From Octopus sinensis (taxonomy: Eukaryota), in assembly GCF_006345805.1 (NCBI RefSeq), contig NC_043001.1:109182001-109246000 (forward strand): a stretch of 64,000 nt of DNA, read 5' to 3'. The position numbers and the translations under genes are program-made. The notes under the pieces were generated by a model. It was given only the letters and a program-made list of their open reading frames with translations. It had not been told where the DNA came from and searched no databases. How positions within the stretch are numbered: the stretch's first letter is position 1; the number at the start of each line of letters is the position of its first letter. Positions 51,233-64,000 of the stretch are shown here, piece by piece.

Positions 51233-51708
51233 ATAAACAAGACATTATATAAAAAAAACTTAAAGCAAATTATTTGCAACTCGGTAAGTCTTCCATTATT
51301 AATGATCGAGAATTTGAATACAGAAAGTGCAGAGGTATTTATCAGAGTGGAAATCAAAGCACTTCGAAACACTAAATGTTCTACCCACCGGCACTCTGAG
51401 CGATTCCCGTGTTTTTAGCGTGCAAGTCTACGTCAGTAGAAGTAGTCCATTTCTACGTTACATACGTTATACATATGCGGGGTGACAGCGCTAAGCAGTG
51501 TTGCGTATAACTTCCAACTTGCTACCAGTTGAAATATCTTTATACTTGAGGATTTATTGAAAAGAAGAAGAAAAAAATCCTTCTGTAATAAGTAGATTTA
51601 CCCTCCTCCTGCTGTGTTTTTATAGTTTTTTTCTTCATATCTGCCACCAAGCCTAGTATGAGTACTCATTTTGAAATTGTTATGTTAGCTATCTCTGTAT
51701 CATTGTTT

Positions 51709-51746
<38 letters not shown>

Positions 51747-52788
51747 ATATCTCCAACTCACCGTACATAATTTTAAGCGTGACTAAACAATTTAATCAAC
51801 GAACCTACCAGCCAACCAACCAACCAACATATATATCGGCTATTATTAAATAGTGATTACCATCGATGTTGTTATTGTTCTTATTACATCGACGATTCAA
51901 ATGTATAGTGAACAATTCCATGACATTTTAACTTATAATACGACTTCAATTCTTATATAGATATATATATTCCGAAAGAGTGATTCCCGACTTGAATATA
52001 TTCCACACATGGGATTTTAAATTCATACCAGACATTGCATAATTCCTTCAAGTTATGAATTATGGAAATTCAATATTTTCATACTCTTTCCGGGTATGGC
52101 ATAATATTCATATCGACAAATGTGAATCTAGACGGTCAAAAGTTAGACTCTAAACAATCTAACGTAGGAACTAATCGACGGAAGGTCATCCTTTTAATTA
52201 TAGGATCCAAGTGGTCTCAAATTATACGCAAGGATCTTAAAAGGGCAAGCATCTTTGGGCCACCCAAATTATTCCACCCAACACACACAGAGCACAATAT
52301 CCCGTACTGTGTAGCCTGAAAAATGTGTGTTATAGTAGATGATCCAACTACCAGGAACATACGGCTTATAGAACTCAAAGGCATTCTAATCATGCAAAAT
52401 TACACTCTCCTACTTAGAGATCGATAAATTTAGTACCTGTTGCATACTGGATTCGATCTACTCGACTGGCTCCCCTCCCTCCCCCCAAAGTTTCGGGCCT
52501 GCTGCCTAGAGTAGAAAAGATTAGTTAGTCTATCTTTGTTTTCATCGATTTTCATTTTCGTTCCATCAACATTGCCCATTTAGTTAGATACGTCTACAGT
52601 TCTTCAGACAGAAGACAATTCAAGTAGTTTTGCTGATATACGGCATCAGTAACGGTTTGACGATGATAATGAGTATGTCTGAGACTTTATTATTGGTTGC
52701 TGCAAGAATCGCTTTCGCAATATTGCAGCGCAATTTTCATCGGGACGGATTTATAATAATACATCCTATTATCTGAACGAGAATGCTG

Positions 52789-52953
52789 CTTCTTCTTCTT
52801 CTTCTTCTTCTTCTTCTTCTTCTTCTTCTTCTTCTTCTTCTTCTTCTTCTTCTTCTTCTTCTTCTTCTTCTTCTTCTTCTTCTTCTTCTTCTTCTTCTTC
52901 TTCTTCTTCTTCTTCTTCTTCTTCTTCTTCTTCTTCTTCTTCTTCTTCTTCTT
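52789..52953. repeat. (CTT)55 microsatellite
   Basis: Perfect 165 bp run. Confidence 0.95.
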
Positions 52954-53406
52954 TTCATTTGCCAGAAGAACGAAGTGTGGGGGCTTACATATAATAATGA
53001 AATGATAAATATACATAAAAAAAAATATATATAGCTATAAAAAAAAAAAAAAGATAAAAAATGAAAATAAAAATAAAATATAGACCGTATAGAGTGGAAA
53101 AGATGGAATAATTGTGTTTCTGTGTTTCTCTGCTAATTTTTCTCTTTTCTGTTCTTGTTTCCTGTCTGTTTTTTTTCTCTTTTTATTGCTCTTTGTGCAG
53201 TTGATGGTAGGGTTTTATGCAATTGTAGTGGATTTGCTGTTGTTTGGTGTCGATGTGGTGTTCGTGTTGCCCTGTGCTTCATTTCTTTACATTTTTATTC
53301 TTTCGTTTTTCAGATTCTGTTTATTTTATCGGTCGCTCTTCTCATCCTAACTCAGATGGAGCGAACTGCATCATTTTTGTACGGACATTTCTGAGATTTT
53401 GCACCA

Positions 53407-53550
53407 TCGGCAAAAAAAGCCCGATAGAATAAGTACTAGGCTTACGAAGAATAAGACCTGGGGTCGATTTGTTCGACTAAAAGGCAGTGCTCCAGCATGG
53501 CCACAGTCAAATGACTGAAACAAGTAAAGGAATAAAAGAATAAAAGAAAA
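53407..53550 (+). mobile_element. SINE family A, 3' tail
   Basis: GATAGAATAAGTACTAGGC...TGACTGAAACAAGTAAAGGAATAAAAGAA. Confidence 0.75.
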
Positions 53551-54266
53551 GTATCTGCGAGAGATCTAACTTTGAGTGGGAGACTAGCACTGTTACATCT
53601 GTCACACTTTTTTCTTAGATATATGTGGGGTGAACATAATCTTCAGTGCGGCAAGCGACCACTGGACTTTGTACAGCTAGCATCGTAGTGATATACAGGA
53701 ACTCGTTCCCCTCCCCCAAATTGCCTTTCTCTAGATATATATCTCCAATGTTCTGAACCACTTTGAGAATGGTTCTTTCTACTTATAGAGTCTTTAGGCT
53801 CAGAAGTCTTCAGGTATAGAGAGACTGAATAATTTTCATATTAGACTACTCTAGTGAAGAAAGCCCTGTTATTCTTTCTGGTTTTCTTGCTGTTGTTGGT
53901 GTTATTGGTTCGTGTTTTGCTGTTATTGTTGCTTTGTTGCTGCTATCGGTGTTATTGTTGTTGTTGTTTTTCCTGTTCTTGTGACTATTACTGCTATTAT
54001 TTCTGCCTCTCTTACTGCTTCTGTCTCGATTGCTGCCATTGTCTCTGCCGCTACGAGTGTCTCTGCTGCTACCATTATCATTAAACCCAGATGCAGTACC
54101 AGGCAGTGGCTCTCATAGCTCTGTTCTTTACTGATTGGAAGTGTTATCATGTACATTGTTTTGTCTTGGTGTAAAAGATGGGCTACAGCAAATATTTTGT
54201 TCATTACCACAGATTTCCTTGTCAGTTGCCTGACCTTAACCATTTGAGCACATTCTTTAGTTACTG

Positions 54267-54305
<39 letters not shown>

Positions 54306-54384
54306 GTGTGTGTGTATACACATAATTCCATACATTCCTCTTGCGTTTGCTTTTTGAGCCAAAAAATTAACTTAACTTATATAT

Positions 54385-54446
<62 letters not shown>

Positions 54447-55856
54447 GTGTGTGTGTGTGTGTGCGTGCGTGTGAGTATATGTGTCTATTTACACGTAAAT
54501 GTGTGGGAATGTGTGACTATGTATCGAATTCAAGGGAGGTTCTTCTTATGCGTACGGGCTTCAATACCTATTTGATGGTCCGATGGTTTCTTTCATCTAA
54601 TTAAATCGCTTTCAAGTCTGTGAGCTTCACGTCAATGATACAATAACGATTGAAAACATATTTTTGTTGACGTAGACAAATGATTTGATGTGTGCACACT
54701 CTCATACAGCGATAACCCTCAAAAACCAGTAAGTAATGAAACAGCATGATGTTTTTTCAGAAAAGTATAAAAATTAAAACAATGTGAAATCCTAATATCT
54801 GATGAAGCGGACAAAAAACTATGTCCATTATCTGCAAACTTGAACAATCAAATCGTTTTCTATCTTAATGGGAGAATATAAGATTTAAATAAAGTTTGGC
54901 TGCATGATTCAACATTGTTAAATCATTTCGTTCTACTCAATAGGGAAATAATAAAGCCGATACAGCGGTTTGTATAATAGTTTAAAATTTGTTCTGCTCT
55001 CTAACATAATATGATAGGAAGTATCTATACAATACAAGCTGACATATGCTTTAGTCTAAGATCTCTTTCCGAACATTATTATTATTTTTTTTTTAAAGAT
55101 AAAATAAGAAGTGTCATCAATGCAATATAATGACGTCGAAGACCATAAAATTGATAGGCACATTCACAAAAACAAAAAGTGCTTAAAATATTTGAATTTA
55201 ACAGAAAAAAATATCTATTATAGAATGTTTTCAAAGATAAATTACAATGTCCTGGCGAATTTCAAAAACACTCAGTGCACCATCATTGGCATGTGCGTCA
55301 AATTCTATCGCAGTTTCAATTCAGATTTTTAAAATCGATATTTATTTTACACAACGACAAAACCTAATTATAACAACATATCCATTTTCACTGATTTTTA
55401 TTTTCTGCTTTAGTAGAAATACACAAGGGTAAATGATTCATAAGTTACATTAAAGAATTAGACTACGTGCAATAGTATATATATGTGTATAGGGAAATAT
55501 TACTTTTAATCAGCTAACAATTATGTCCCTTATTTTAAATCATTATATCCTTGACATGCTCATAAATCCCTTCCATTTAGCTCGTAAATCTGTTATGGCT
55601 CATTGATTGAAACCTGCAGCATATCCCTGAAATATTGTGCTACGTATTTCTCATCATTTGCAGGATACTTTTCAGGCGTTTTCCTTTTATTAGCGCCATT
55701 GCATTTCCTGTAATATTATACTGCTATGACACTCAATAATTAACATCTGACAATATGGAAATTATAAATTGGTTGAAATTATATCTTAAATTAAATGGAA
55801 AGGAAGCACACTATATATATATTTGATAAATTCGCTTACAGCCCATCATCTGCAGC

Positions 55857-56099
55857 CTAATCCAGCTTTATTACACTATATATTATATTGTAATATACTG
55901 CAAGCCCTTCCTTCTCCCTTCGTTGTTTATATGTATTGGTCATCTCAAAATATTTTACCCCCGATATGACATTGTTGACTGTCTCCAAACTCGATTTGCA
56001 TGGGTGACAATATTCTCTGGGACAGTTTGGGTCAATAACAATTGATGGAGCAGTTCGCTGGATATACAACAGGACGCTCACCTCGCTGCCTAGGAACAA
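55857..56099 (-). pseudogene. RLE-type non-LTR element (R4/Dong-like) zinc-finger region relic
   Basis: CHPCKSSLETVNNVISG...TYKQRREKEGLAVYYNI resembles the CxxC...ETxxHxxSxC...YxxRH motif, with H and C residues mutated. Confidence 0.45.
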
Positions 56100-56288
56100 A
56101 TTTCAGCAATGTCAAAAGCATTACCGATTCGAAATAAAATGTACAAACGGAGATGAAGGCATATCCAAGATTAATATATGCATATGCAGAATAGTCTGTT
56201 CATAGCACTTACTCAACACTATACCTGACACCTTTGGGTCTTCTAGACACCATTACCTCTCATAATACGTGGACATCCTTGTTATTTG

Positions 56289-56380
<92 letters not shown>

Positions 56381-56394
56381 TATATACATATATA

Positions 56395-57252
<858 letters not shown>

Positions 57253-58031
57253 ATGTATATATATTTATATATCAGATTACATGCATTACTGCACTGACTG
57301 TTATACGTATAAAAACGTCGTAAATATGAGAGATAATGGTGCATCAAAGCTATGAAAATATTATAAAGAAAGGCCACTGAGTGATATTGGACACATCAAA
57401 CCGAAAATACTGAAACATCATTACTGCCCTTAAATATATAATTTATCACAAAAATTATTTATGATGTTATCAAAAACACCTGCCAAATCGAATGTATTTA
57501 TCAAAGTTACAAGTTGAGTATTAATTTATAAATGTTCCTATTCTATTTACTGAATTCTCTAATTAAGCTTTTAAGATATGTTTCTATAAACTCATTTAAA
57601 TATTGTTCGGAAAATCTCTTGCTAATATTTGTCGTGTGTCGCTCAGCATTTCGCTTATATAAACTGGGTCCGACCAAAATACTGAGAATGGCTTTCAAAT
57701 GCGGAAACTGAAAGAAGCCCATCGTATACATTCATAAATAGACAAACACACGTACACACACACATACACAAACACACGTACACACACACATACACACAGA
57801 CACGCACATTCAGTCTGGTATAAAGAATCCAATTACACATATAGAATATCCAGTGGTGCATCTTTTTCCCTGTGACAATATTATGCTCAGATCATATAAA
57901 TTTAATATTTACTTAATATTTACTGAGTATTAATTGAAATAGCTGTAAGTGATGAGGATCAGTTTGCTGTTAATAATAAACAATAATTAACTACTCAATC
58001 TCCATTTTCATTTTCTTCTTTTATATGAATA

Positions 58032-58421
58032 CTAGCAGTATCGCCTGGCGTTGCACGGGTTTGTAAGGGAAATAACTATAAAGCATTTTTAGAGTTATAG
58101 CCAAAAATTAGCAAAAAATGCATTAAAAATGGAAAAAATTATGGTAAATTTTTTGAAAAATCGTTGACCTATCGTAGATATTTTTAGAGAGTTACTTCCC
58201 TTATATTTAAAAAAAATATGCATTAAAATGGAAAAAATGATGGTAAATTATTTAAAAAATCGTAGACTCATCGTAGACGCGCACTTATACCCAGAAGGGC
58301 TCGATATGAATCACGACTATAAGATACCCGGTTTTGGTTAAACTGCACCGCAAAATGTGAGAGTAGTTAGGAATCTAAATCGGAGTAGACAGACACACAA
58401 CCTTTCTTTTATATATAAAGA
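58032..58421 (-). mobile_element. Non-autonomous Helitron (390 bp)
   Basis: Minus strand reads A|TCTTTATATATAAAAG...CCCGTGCAACGCCAGGCGATACTGCTAG|T; last ~120 bp match the 13036 element. Confidence 0.75.
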
Positions 58422-58568
58422 TAAAGTATATACTTTTATATCTACACCTATCATTTTAAGGAAATTAATTCTCATAAGATTCTAGGTATTGAACCGGTAT
58501 GTTTTGGATGAAACCATCACATTATGAAGATAACATAACCTCAAATCGAATATATATATATAATATAT

Positions 58569-58761
58569 ATAATTTTAAATTAATAATAAAAGGGTAAAAT
58601 TTATTAATTAGATTAATTAATTAATTAATCAATTACTTAACAATTTTACCAAGTAGATCGGTACGTCATAGAGATTATTATAGTTGTAGAAAAGGAATTT
58701 TTAACTCTTTTTTCTAATTTCGGTATGTGGTGAAGCAGTTAACTGAACTCTAATTATAATC

Positions 58762-58796
<35 letters not shown>

Positions 58797-58930
58797 GCGC
58801 GTATGTTGAGCTTTTTTTGTCCCTCATAACCATTTGACTACAGTTTTTTTAAAGGTCGCTGTAAGTTAGCGGCAAAACAAAAGGGACCCGATTGGCTAGA
58901 TACCGGGATGTTTGAAAACGAGTACTCGGG

Positions 58931-58987
<57 letters not shown>

Positions 58988-59221
58988 GACGTTACCATTC
59001 AAGGCGATGCTCCAGCATGGCAATAGTTCAATGAGTGAAACAGGTAAAAGATATATATGTCAGTACATATGATATATATGCGTACATCTTTATTTTCTCT
59101 CTCTATACACACACACACACACACACACTCACTACTACTTGGTAAAATTGTTAAGTAATTGATTAATTAATTAATTAATCTAATTAATAAATTTTCCCTT
59201 TTATTATTAATTTAAAATTAT
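58569..59221. repeat. Near-perfect 88/87 bp inverted repeat (58569-58656 / 59135-59221)
   Basis: Arms differ by a single-base indel. Confidence 0.9.
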
Positions 59222-59945
59222 ATATATATATATATATTATATATATTATAGATAAGAAAGTTTGTTTGGTAAAGCACGTGGGTGAAATATAAGAAATAGT
59301 AAAGTGTGAAAAAACGACAGAGGTCTTAAATGTTAAAAAATATATATATTTGTGTCAAAATGTCTGGAGAATATTGAAAAATTTTTTTCCTTCCTTAAAA
59401 TGACATAATTTAAAATTTTTAAAGAAATTACCGGTTTCGCGTGTAGCTTTCAAATTTCTTGTGACGTTATGTTTATATTGCATGGAATTATCGTTGTTTT
59501 TATTTCCAGGAGATTTCTAAATAAGGGAGGTAGTGAGTGATTTTTTCCGGTGTAGGGGAGATAATCGTTAAAAATTTTTTTTTTTTTTTTTTTTTCCTTT
59601 TCCTTGTTAATTTCTCTTGTGTCAGTATGTTCGGATGGTTGAGTCTGGGTTTGTACTTTTCAATGAAGAATGTTTCCTTGTTCAGTTCTCATTTGTGTTG
59701 ATGATCCGAAAGCACATTGGTAAAAATGCGAAGATTAAAAATTGTGGCAGTAGTTGCTTTGCGCATTTCTCAATGTGCTCACTAATATATATATATATAT
59801 ATATTCGACGTTACCATTCAAGGCGGTGCTCCAGCATGGCCATAGTTCAATGAGTGAAACAGGTAAAAGATATATATATGTCAGTACATATGAATATATA
59901 TGCGTACATCTTTATTTTCTCTCTATATACACACACACACACTCA
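58981..59945 (+). repeat. ~150 bp direct duplication (58981-59132 / ~59800-59945)
   Basis: TATTCGACGTTACCATTCAAGGCG...GTCAGTACATATGA...CACTCAC occurs twice. Confidence 0.85.
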
Positions 59946-60431
59946 CATATATATATATAATAACTAATTATATATTATTTTTTACAATAATTAAAGAGAT
60001 TAATTCTAAACAAGTGACTGAAATAAGATAGCCCAAACCACCGGGAATTGAACACAGCATTTGCACTTACTTGGCTCCGTACGCACCCAAATCAACCACA
60101 TAGCTCACCCATCAATTGCTTTCAAATTCAACGTATAGATATTTTATATGTATATAAATTAACATGTATGGAAATTTGAAATGATTTTCTCACCAGGTGG
60201 TGTTTTAAATTTGAAATTCAAACAGCTCATTATCTTTACAGATAAAAATTCTGACACATAAATTAATGAACGAATTTATTGAGTTAGGTTCAAACATTAC
60301 AATTTACAAAAATTATGTAATGGATAAATATTCAACAGACTCTAAATATTTGAAAAAAGCACTTTCTTTCATGTAGACTGGCAGAGACCAAAACAGCCAC
60401 AAGTTTTATACTTGTCTGTTAGGTATGTATA

Positions 60432-60465
<34 letters not shown>

Positions 60466-60483
60466 GATCTATCTATCTCTTAT

Positions 60484-60514
<31 letters not shown>

Positions 60515-60612
60515 TATATATGTATGTGTGTGGGTATATACTATGTGTATATATATATATATAATATATATACCTATAGATATATATATATATATATACA
60601 TACACAATACAT

Positions 60613-60643
<31 letters not shown>

Positions 60644-60708
60644 GATATATATACACCGACATATATACAATACAAACATATATACTAACATTCATATATA
60701 TAGGTATG

Positions 60709-60867
60709 GGCGCAGGCGTGGCTGTGAGGTAAGAAGCCTGCTTCCCGACAACATGGTTCTGGTTTCAGACTGCCTCCGTGGCACATTCGTTACATGTCTT
60801 TTAATATACCCTCGGGCCAACCCTAGCCTTGTGAATGGATTCGGTAGACGGAAACTGAAGGGAGCCC

Positions 60868-60916
<49 letters not shown>

Positions 60917-61128
60917 TGTATGTATATGTAGTTGTTATTTGTGTTTGTCTCCAGACCCTCGCTTGACAACCGATGATGGTGTGTTTAAGTCTCCGTCACT
61001 TAACGGTTCGGCAGGTGCTACCGATAGAATAAGTACTAGGCTTACAAAGAATGAGTCCTGGAGTCGATTTGTTCGACTAATGGTGGTGCTCCAGCATGGC
61101 AGCATTCAAATGACAGAAGCAAGTAAAA
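60709..61128 (+). mobile_element. Full-length SINE, family A
   Basis: Same head, body and tail as the 45303 copy. Confidence 0.8.
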
Positions 61129-61164
61129 GTATATATTTATAACTTGTTTCATTCATTTGAATGC

Positions 61165-61756
61165 GGCCTTGGGTTTCAAGGGCCCACACCTTTTCAATTT
61201 CCTTGTAGATCTAGTTTTGTTTTCAAAATCCTACATCCACGCCGTGCATGTCTCTCAGTTTTTGTGCAGATATATTGAAGAGATCTGGGCCATTGAAATC
61301 CAAGCTGTTGTGGTATCTGGGCCTTCATCACAATAACAATGTTGAGAACTTTGGTACCATGCAGTAGTATGCTGTCCTGCTGCCTGTGTAAGTAACAATG
61401 TCTAAGTTTGGAACAAGTTTTTCTAGGATTTTCAAGATGTATATTAGTGCATATCTTTCCCTCCTTCGCTCAAGGGAGTAGAGTCTTTCAGCCTCTCAGT
61501 AGATGATACGTCGCATTGTATCGATCTTCCTTGTGTAGCTTCGCTGGATCACCACGAGTTCCGTCGTTATTTTACACTGGTGACCACAGTTGGGACCAAT
61601 AATCCAGACGGCTGAGAATAACCAAGAGGACTACCATGGTTACTTTTTATCTTGTTTTGAAAGTTCGAAGGATCCACCCGGCCAGACATCTGCATTTTAT
61701 TGCTGACTTAGTAATGTGCACCTGGAAAGATGCATCATTACTCATATCGATGCATA
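61165..61756 (-). pseudogene. CR1/L2-like LINE ORF2 C-terminal fragment
   Basis: Translates to AGWILRTFKTR...SRLDYWSQLWSP...LYSLERRRERYALIYILKIL...GPDLFN, typical post-RT motifs; stops and frameshifts. Confidence 0.7.
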
Positions 61757-61758
61757 TA

Positions 61759-63064
61759 TTGGATCATCCCATAAATAATGCGTTTTTTATACTTCTTTTA
61801 TTTATCAAAATTAAGATAAAAGTCTCTTTAAATCTTATATATATTCTCTATCATTTTCTATTATGCTCTTCAATCTAGCTGGTATATCTTTCTTTATGAG
61901 TTCAGTAGATGCTCCTCTTCCAAAATTCACTTGTCCGTGACAAAAAATACTCCACCAGTACTGTTCTCACCTCGTCTATAGAATTCATATTTTTTCCGTA
62001 CAAATGATTATGAAGACTGCGGAACAAATGACAAAGAGATGAGGCAATGTCCGGTGAATATTGTGGGTGGGGCATCGTTTCCCATTGGAAAGCACCAGCC
62101 ATTGGAATGTCATCCTTGCTGTATGTGGCCAAGCATTATCCTGATGGAAGAATACCTTTCGTCTTGAAACCAAAGATGGTCGTTTTTCTTCTAGCTCTGA
62201 CTTAAGCTGCTCAAACTGCTCGCATGAGATCTCCTTTGTTATCGTTTGGTTTAGGTTTTAAAGTTCAAAGTAGACTAAATCTTTCATATCCCACCAAACA
62301 GATAATAACAATTTACGTGGGTGAAGACCATCTTTAGCCTGGGTTGCCAGTGTTTCTCCTTTACTTACCCGCTGGTTTCAGTGCTTGACATTTTGTATAG
62401 AGAACCTATTTCTCGTCACCAGACACTATTCGATCCCCAAAATGTTCATTCGTGAGACAAGGCAACAAAGAACACAATTTCACACTCTGTGTGCAATTAG
62501 ACTGGGAAAGTTTGTGAAGAATCCATTGACGCAATTTGCTGACTTTTCCGATGGCACCCGGGTGTCGATAAATGGCTGAAAGACCGAATCCAAGCTTCTC
62601 TGCTAGTTTCTCAACAGTTACGACGAGATTTTGTCCCGCCAGGGTTTGCAGGATGTCCTCGTCGAGTTCTATAGATCTTCTAGGACGATGCTCGTCTTTT
62701 AGGCTATAGTTTCCGGCTCGGAATTTCTGGAACCACCGTTAACATTGGCTTACACTTATTGTCATATCCCCATATACTACATTAATATTCCTTGCACTTT
62801 CCGTTGCATTATTGCATTTTTATAACTCATAAAGCAATATATACCGAATATGCTCCTGAATTACTTCTATTGCAGCTTTGAAAAAATATCTGCTAAAATC
62901 GAACTGCACTCTTTAAAACTTGCACTAAGAATAAATACAAAGTAAAATTACTACCTGCTTTTATAGCAAATTGATGCAGGTATTTTGTCCCCTCCCGCTC
63001 CGACTTTTACCTTTAGTTAGTGCATGAAAAAAAAAAAAAAACCGTATTATTTTGGGATGACCTT
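61759..63064 (-). mobile_element. Full-length (~1.3 kb) defective mariner transposon, DD34D class
   Basis: Imperfect ~30 bp TIRs (TTGGATCATCCCATAAATAATGCG / CCGTATTATTTTGGGATGACCTT) flanked by TA; encloses a mariner transposase pseudogene. Confidence 0.88.
61830..62870 (-). pseudogene. Mariner transposase pseudogene
   Basis: Motifs WFQKFRAG, WILHKL (WVPHEL-like), VSGDEK, FHQDNA, YSPDIASS. D2-to-D3 distance is 104 nt versus 105 expected for DD34D. Start codon mutated to ATA; stops and frameshifts present. Confidence 0.88.
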
Positions 63065-63078
63065 ATATATATATATAG

Positions 63079-63110
<32 letters not shown>

Positions 63111-63710
63111 CTATATATTATACATGTGTGTGTAAGCAAATATGTATATGTATATAAATATATGCATTACCCATTTCAACGTTTTTGAGTATAGTCCATT
63201 ACATATTAATATCTATTTTGATGTGGTGTATTAATTATTTTTCCGTTTGTTTTGTTACATATTGAGCGTACGAACACTGACAAAGCTTGAGATAAATAAG
63301 GAGCTACATGGTAAGCACTCAGGCATTATAAAGAGTTGAACTTCATGTGGCTTTGTTATGAGTCCCCGGCGCAAAATATCTTACAGGGGCTGAAACTGAG
63401 TAGGGGAAAAGAATATCTAAGATTATTCTAAGTAAAAGCTGTTAGCTTCAATTAAGTGATTGTATAAATTTGCAGTATTTCTTTGGATACTCTTCAGAGT
63501 GGCGACAACTGGTCAAGAAATGTGATCTGGCATTTAGTAGTCCATTCATTGTTGTAACATTCTTGAGGACGACAAAAGATTTAGATATATACGCTCCCAA
63601 TTTTCTGCACCACTTCTAAATTTTCTGCTCTATTGAGAATATTTCACTTTCATAGCCAATGTTGTAGCCTGTAATTTCAATAACAAGACATATTCAAACT
63701 CTTTATTTTG

Positions 63711-63842
63711 ATGTGGCGTGAAAGAAAGAAAGTTGTAAATATAGTCGAGCTAACGGTTCCTCATGAAGATAATATGGACGCCGCTCGGGCTCGAAAATTG
63801 AACCGTTATGTTAACCTCCTCGAGGAATGTGAAGACGCATGA
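63711..63842 (+). pseudogene. RLE-type non-LTR endonuclease relic (HERO/NeSL-like)
   Basis: MWRERKKVVNIVELTVPHEDNMDAARARKLNRYVNLLEECEDA* matches the ELTVPxExN...K..KY motif. Confidence 0.55.
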
Positions 63843-64000
63843 GCGATGGCTAGAAGGATATTGAGTTTAACTTTATAACCAGCTGATCTAGCAAGCGGGG
63901 TCTCATATCAGTGAGGGGGGGGGAGGCGGTGCGCATTGATGCTGTCGAGAGGTAGGCCCCAAAACGGCGCGCATTCTCTCCCGATGACCCTATACACTTG

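Overview
AT-rich, microsatellite-saturated eukaryotic DNA with no intact protein-coding gene that I can support. The SINE repertoire suggests an octopus or other cephalopod (inference). Almost every ORF in the supplied track is a translation of simple repeats. The main discovery is a 6.2 kb tandem array (24049-30275) of 12.7 copies of a ~491 bp non-coding unit. Every unit carries a complete type I hammerhead ribozyme on the + strand: helix I TTTCTTA/TAAGAAA, core CUGAUGA...GAAA, cleavage triplet GUA, an unusually long G-U-rich helix II and a near-palindromic helix III. The rest of the unit folds into many hairpins. This is the architecture of a retrozyme or ribozyme satellite, predicted to release ~491 nt monomers and possibly circular RNAs; activity is untested. 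Two further families of minimal hammerhead motifs lie in dispersed Penelope-like terminal repeats. Other contents: a full-length dead DD34D mariner, a dead DD37D (maT-like) transposase, a Tc1 fragment, non-autonomous Helitrons, a MITE, LINE relics (CR1-like, ORF1 zinc knuckle, RLE-type), many tRNA-derived SINEs and a local inversion/duplication. All pairings and alignments were done by eye; no folding or database search was run, and SINE and relic boundaries are approximate.
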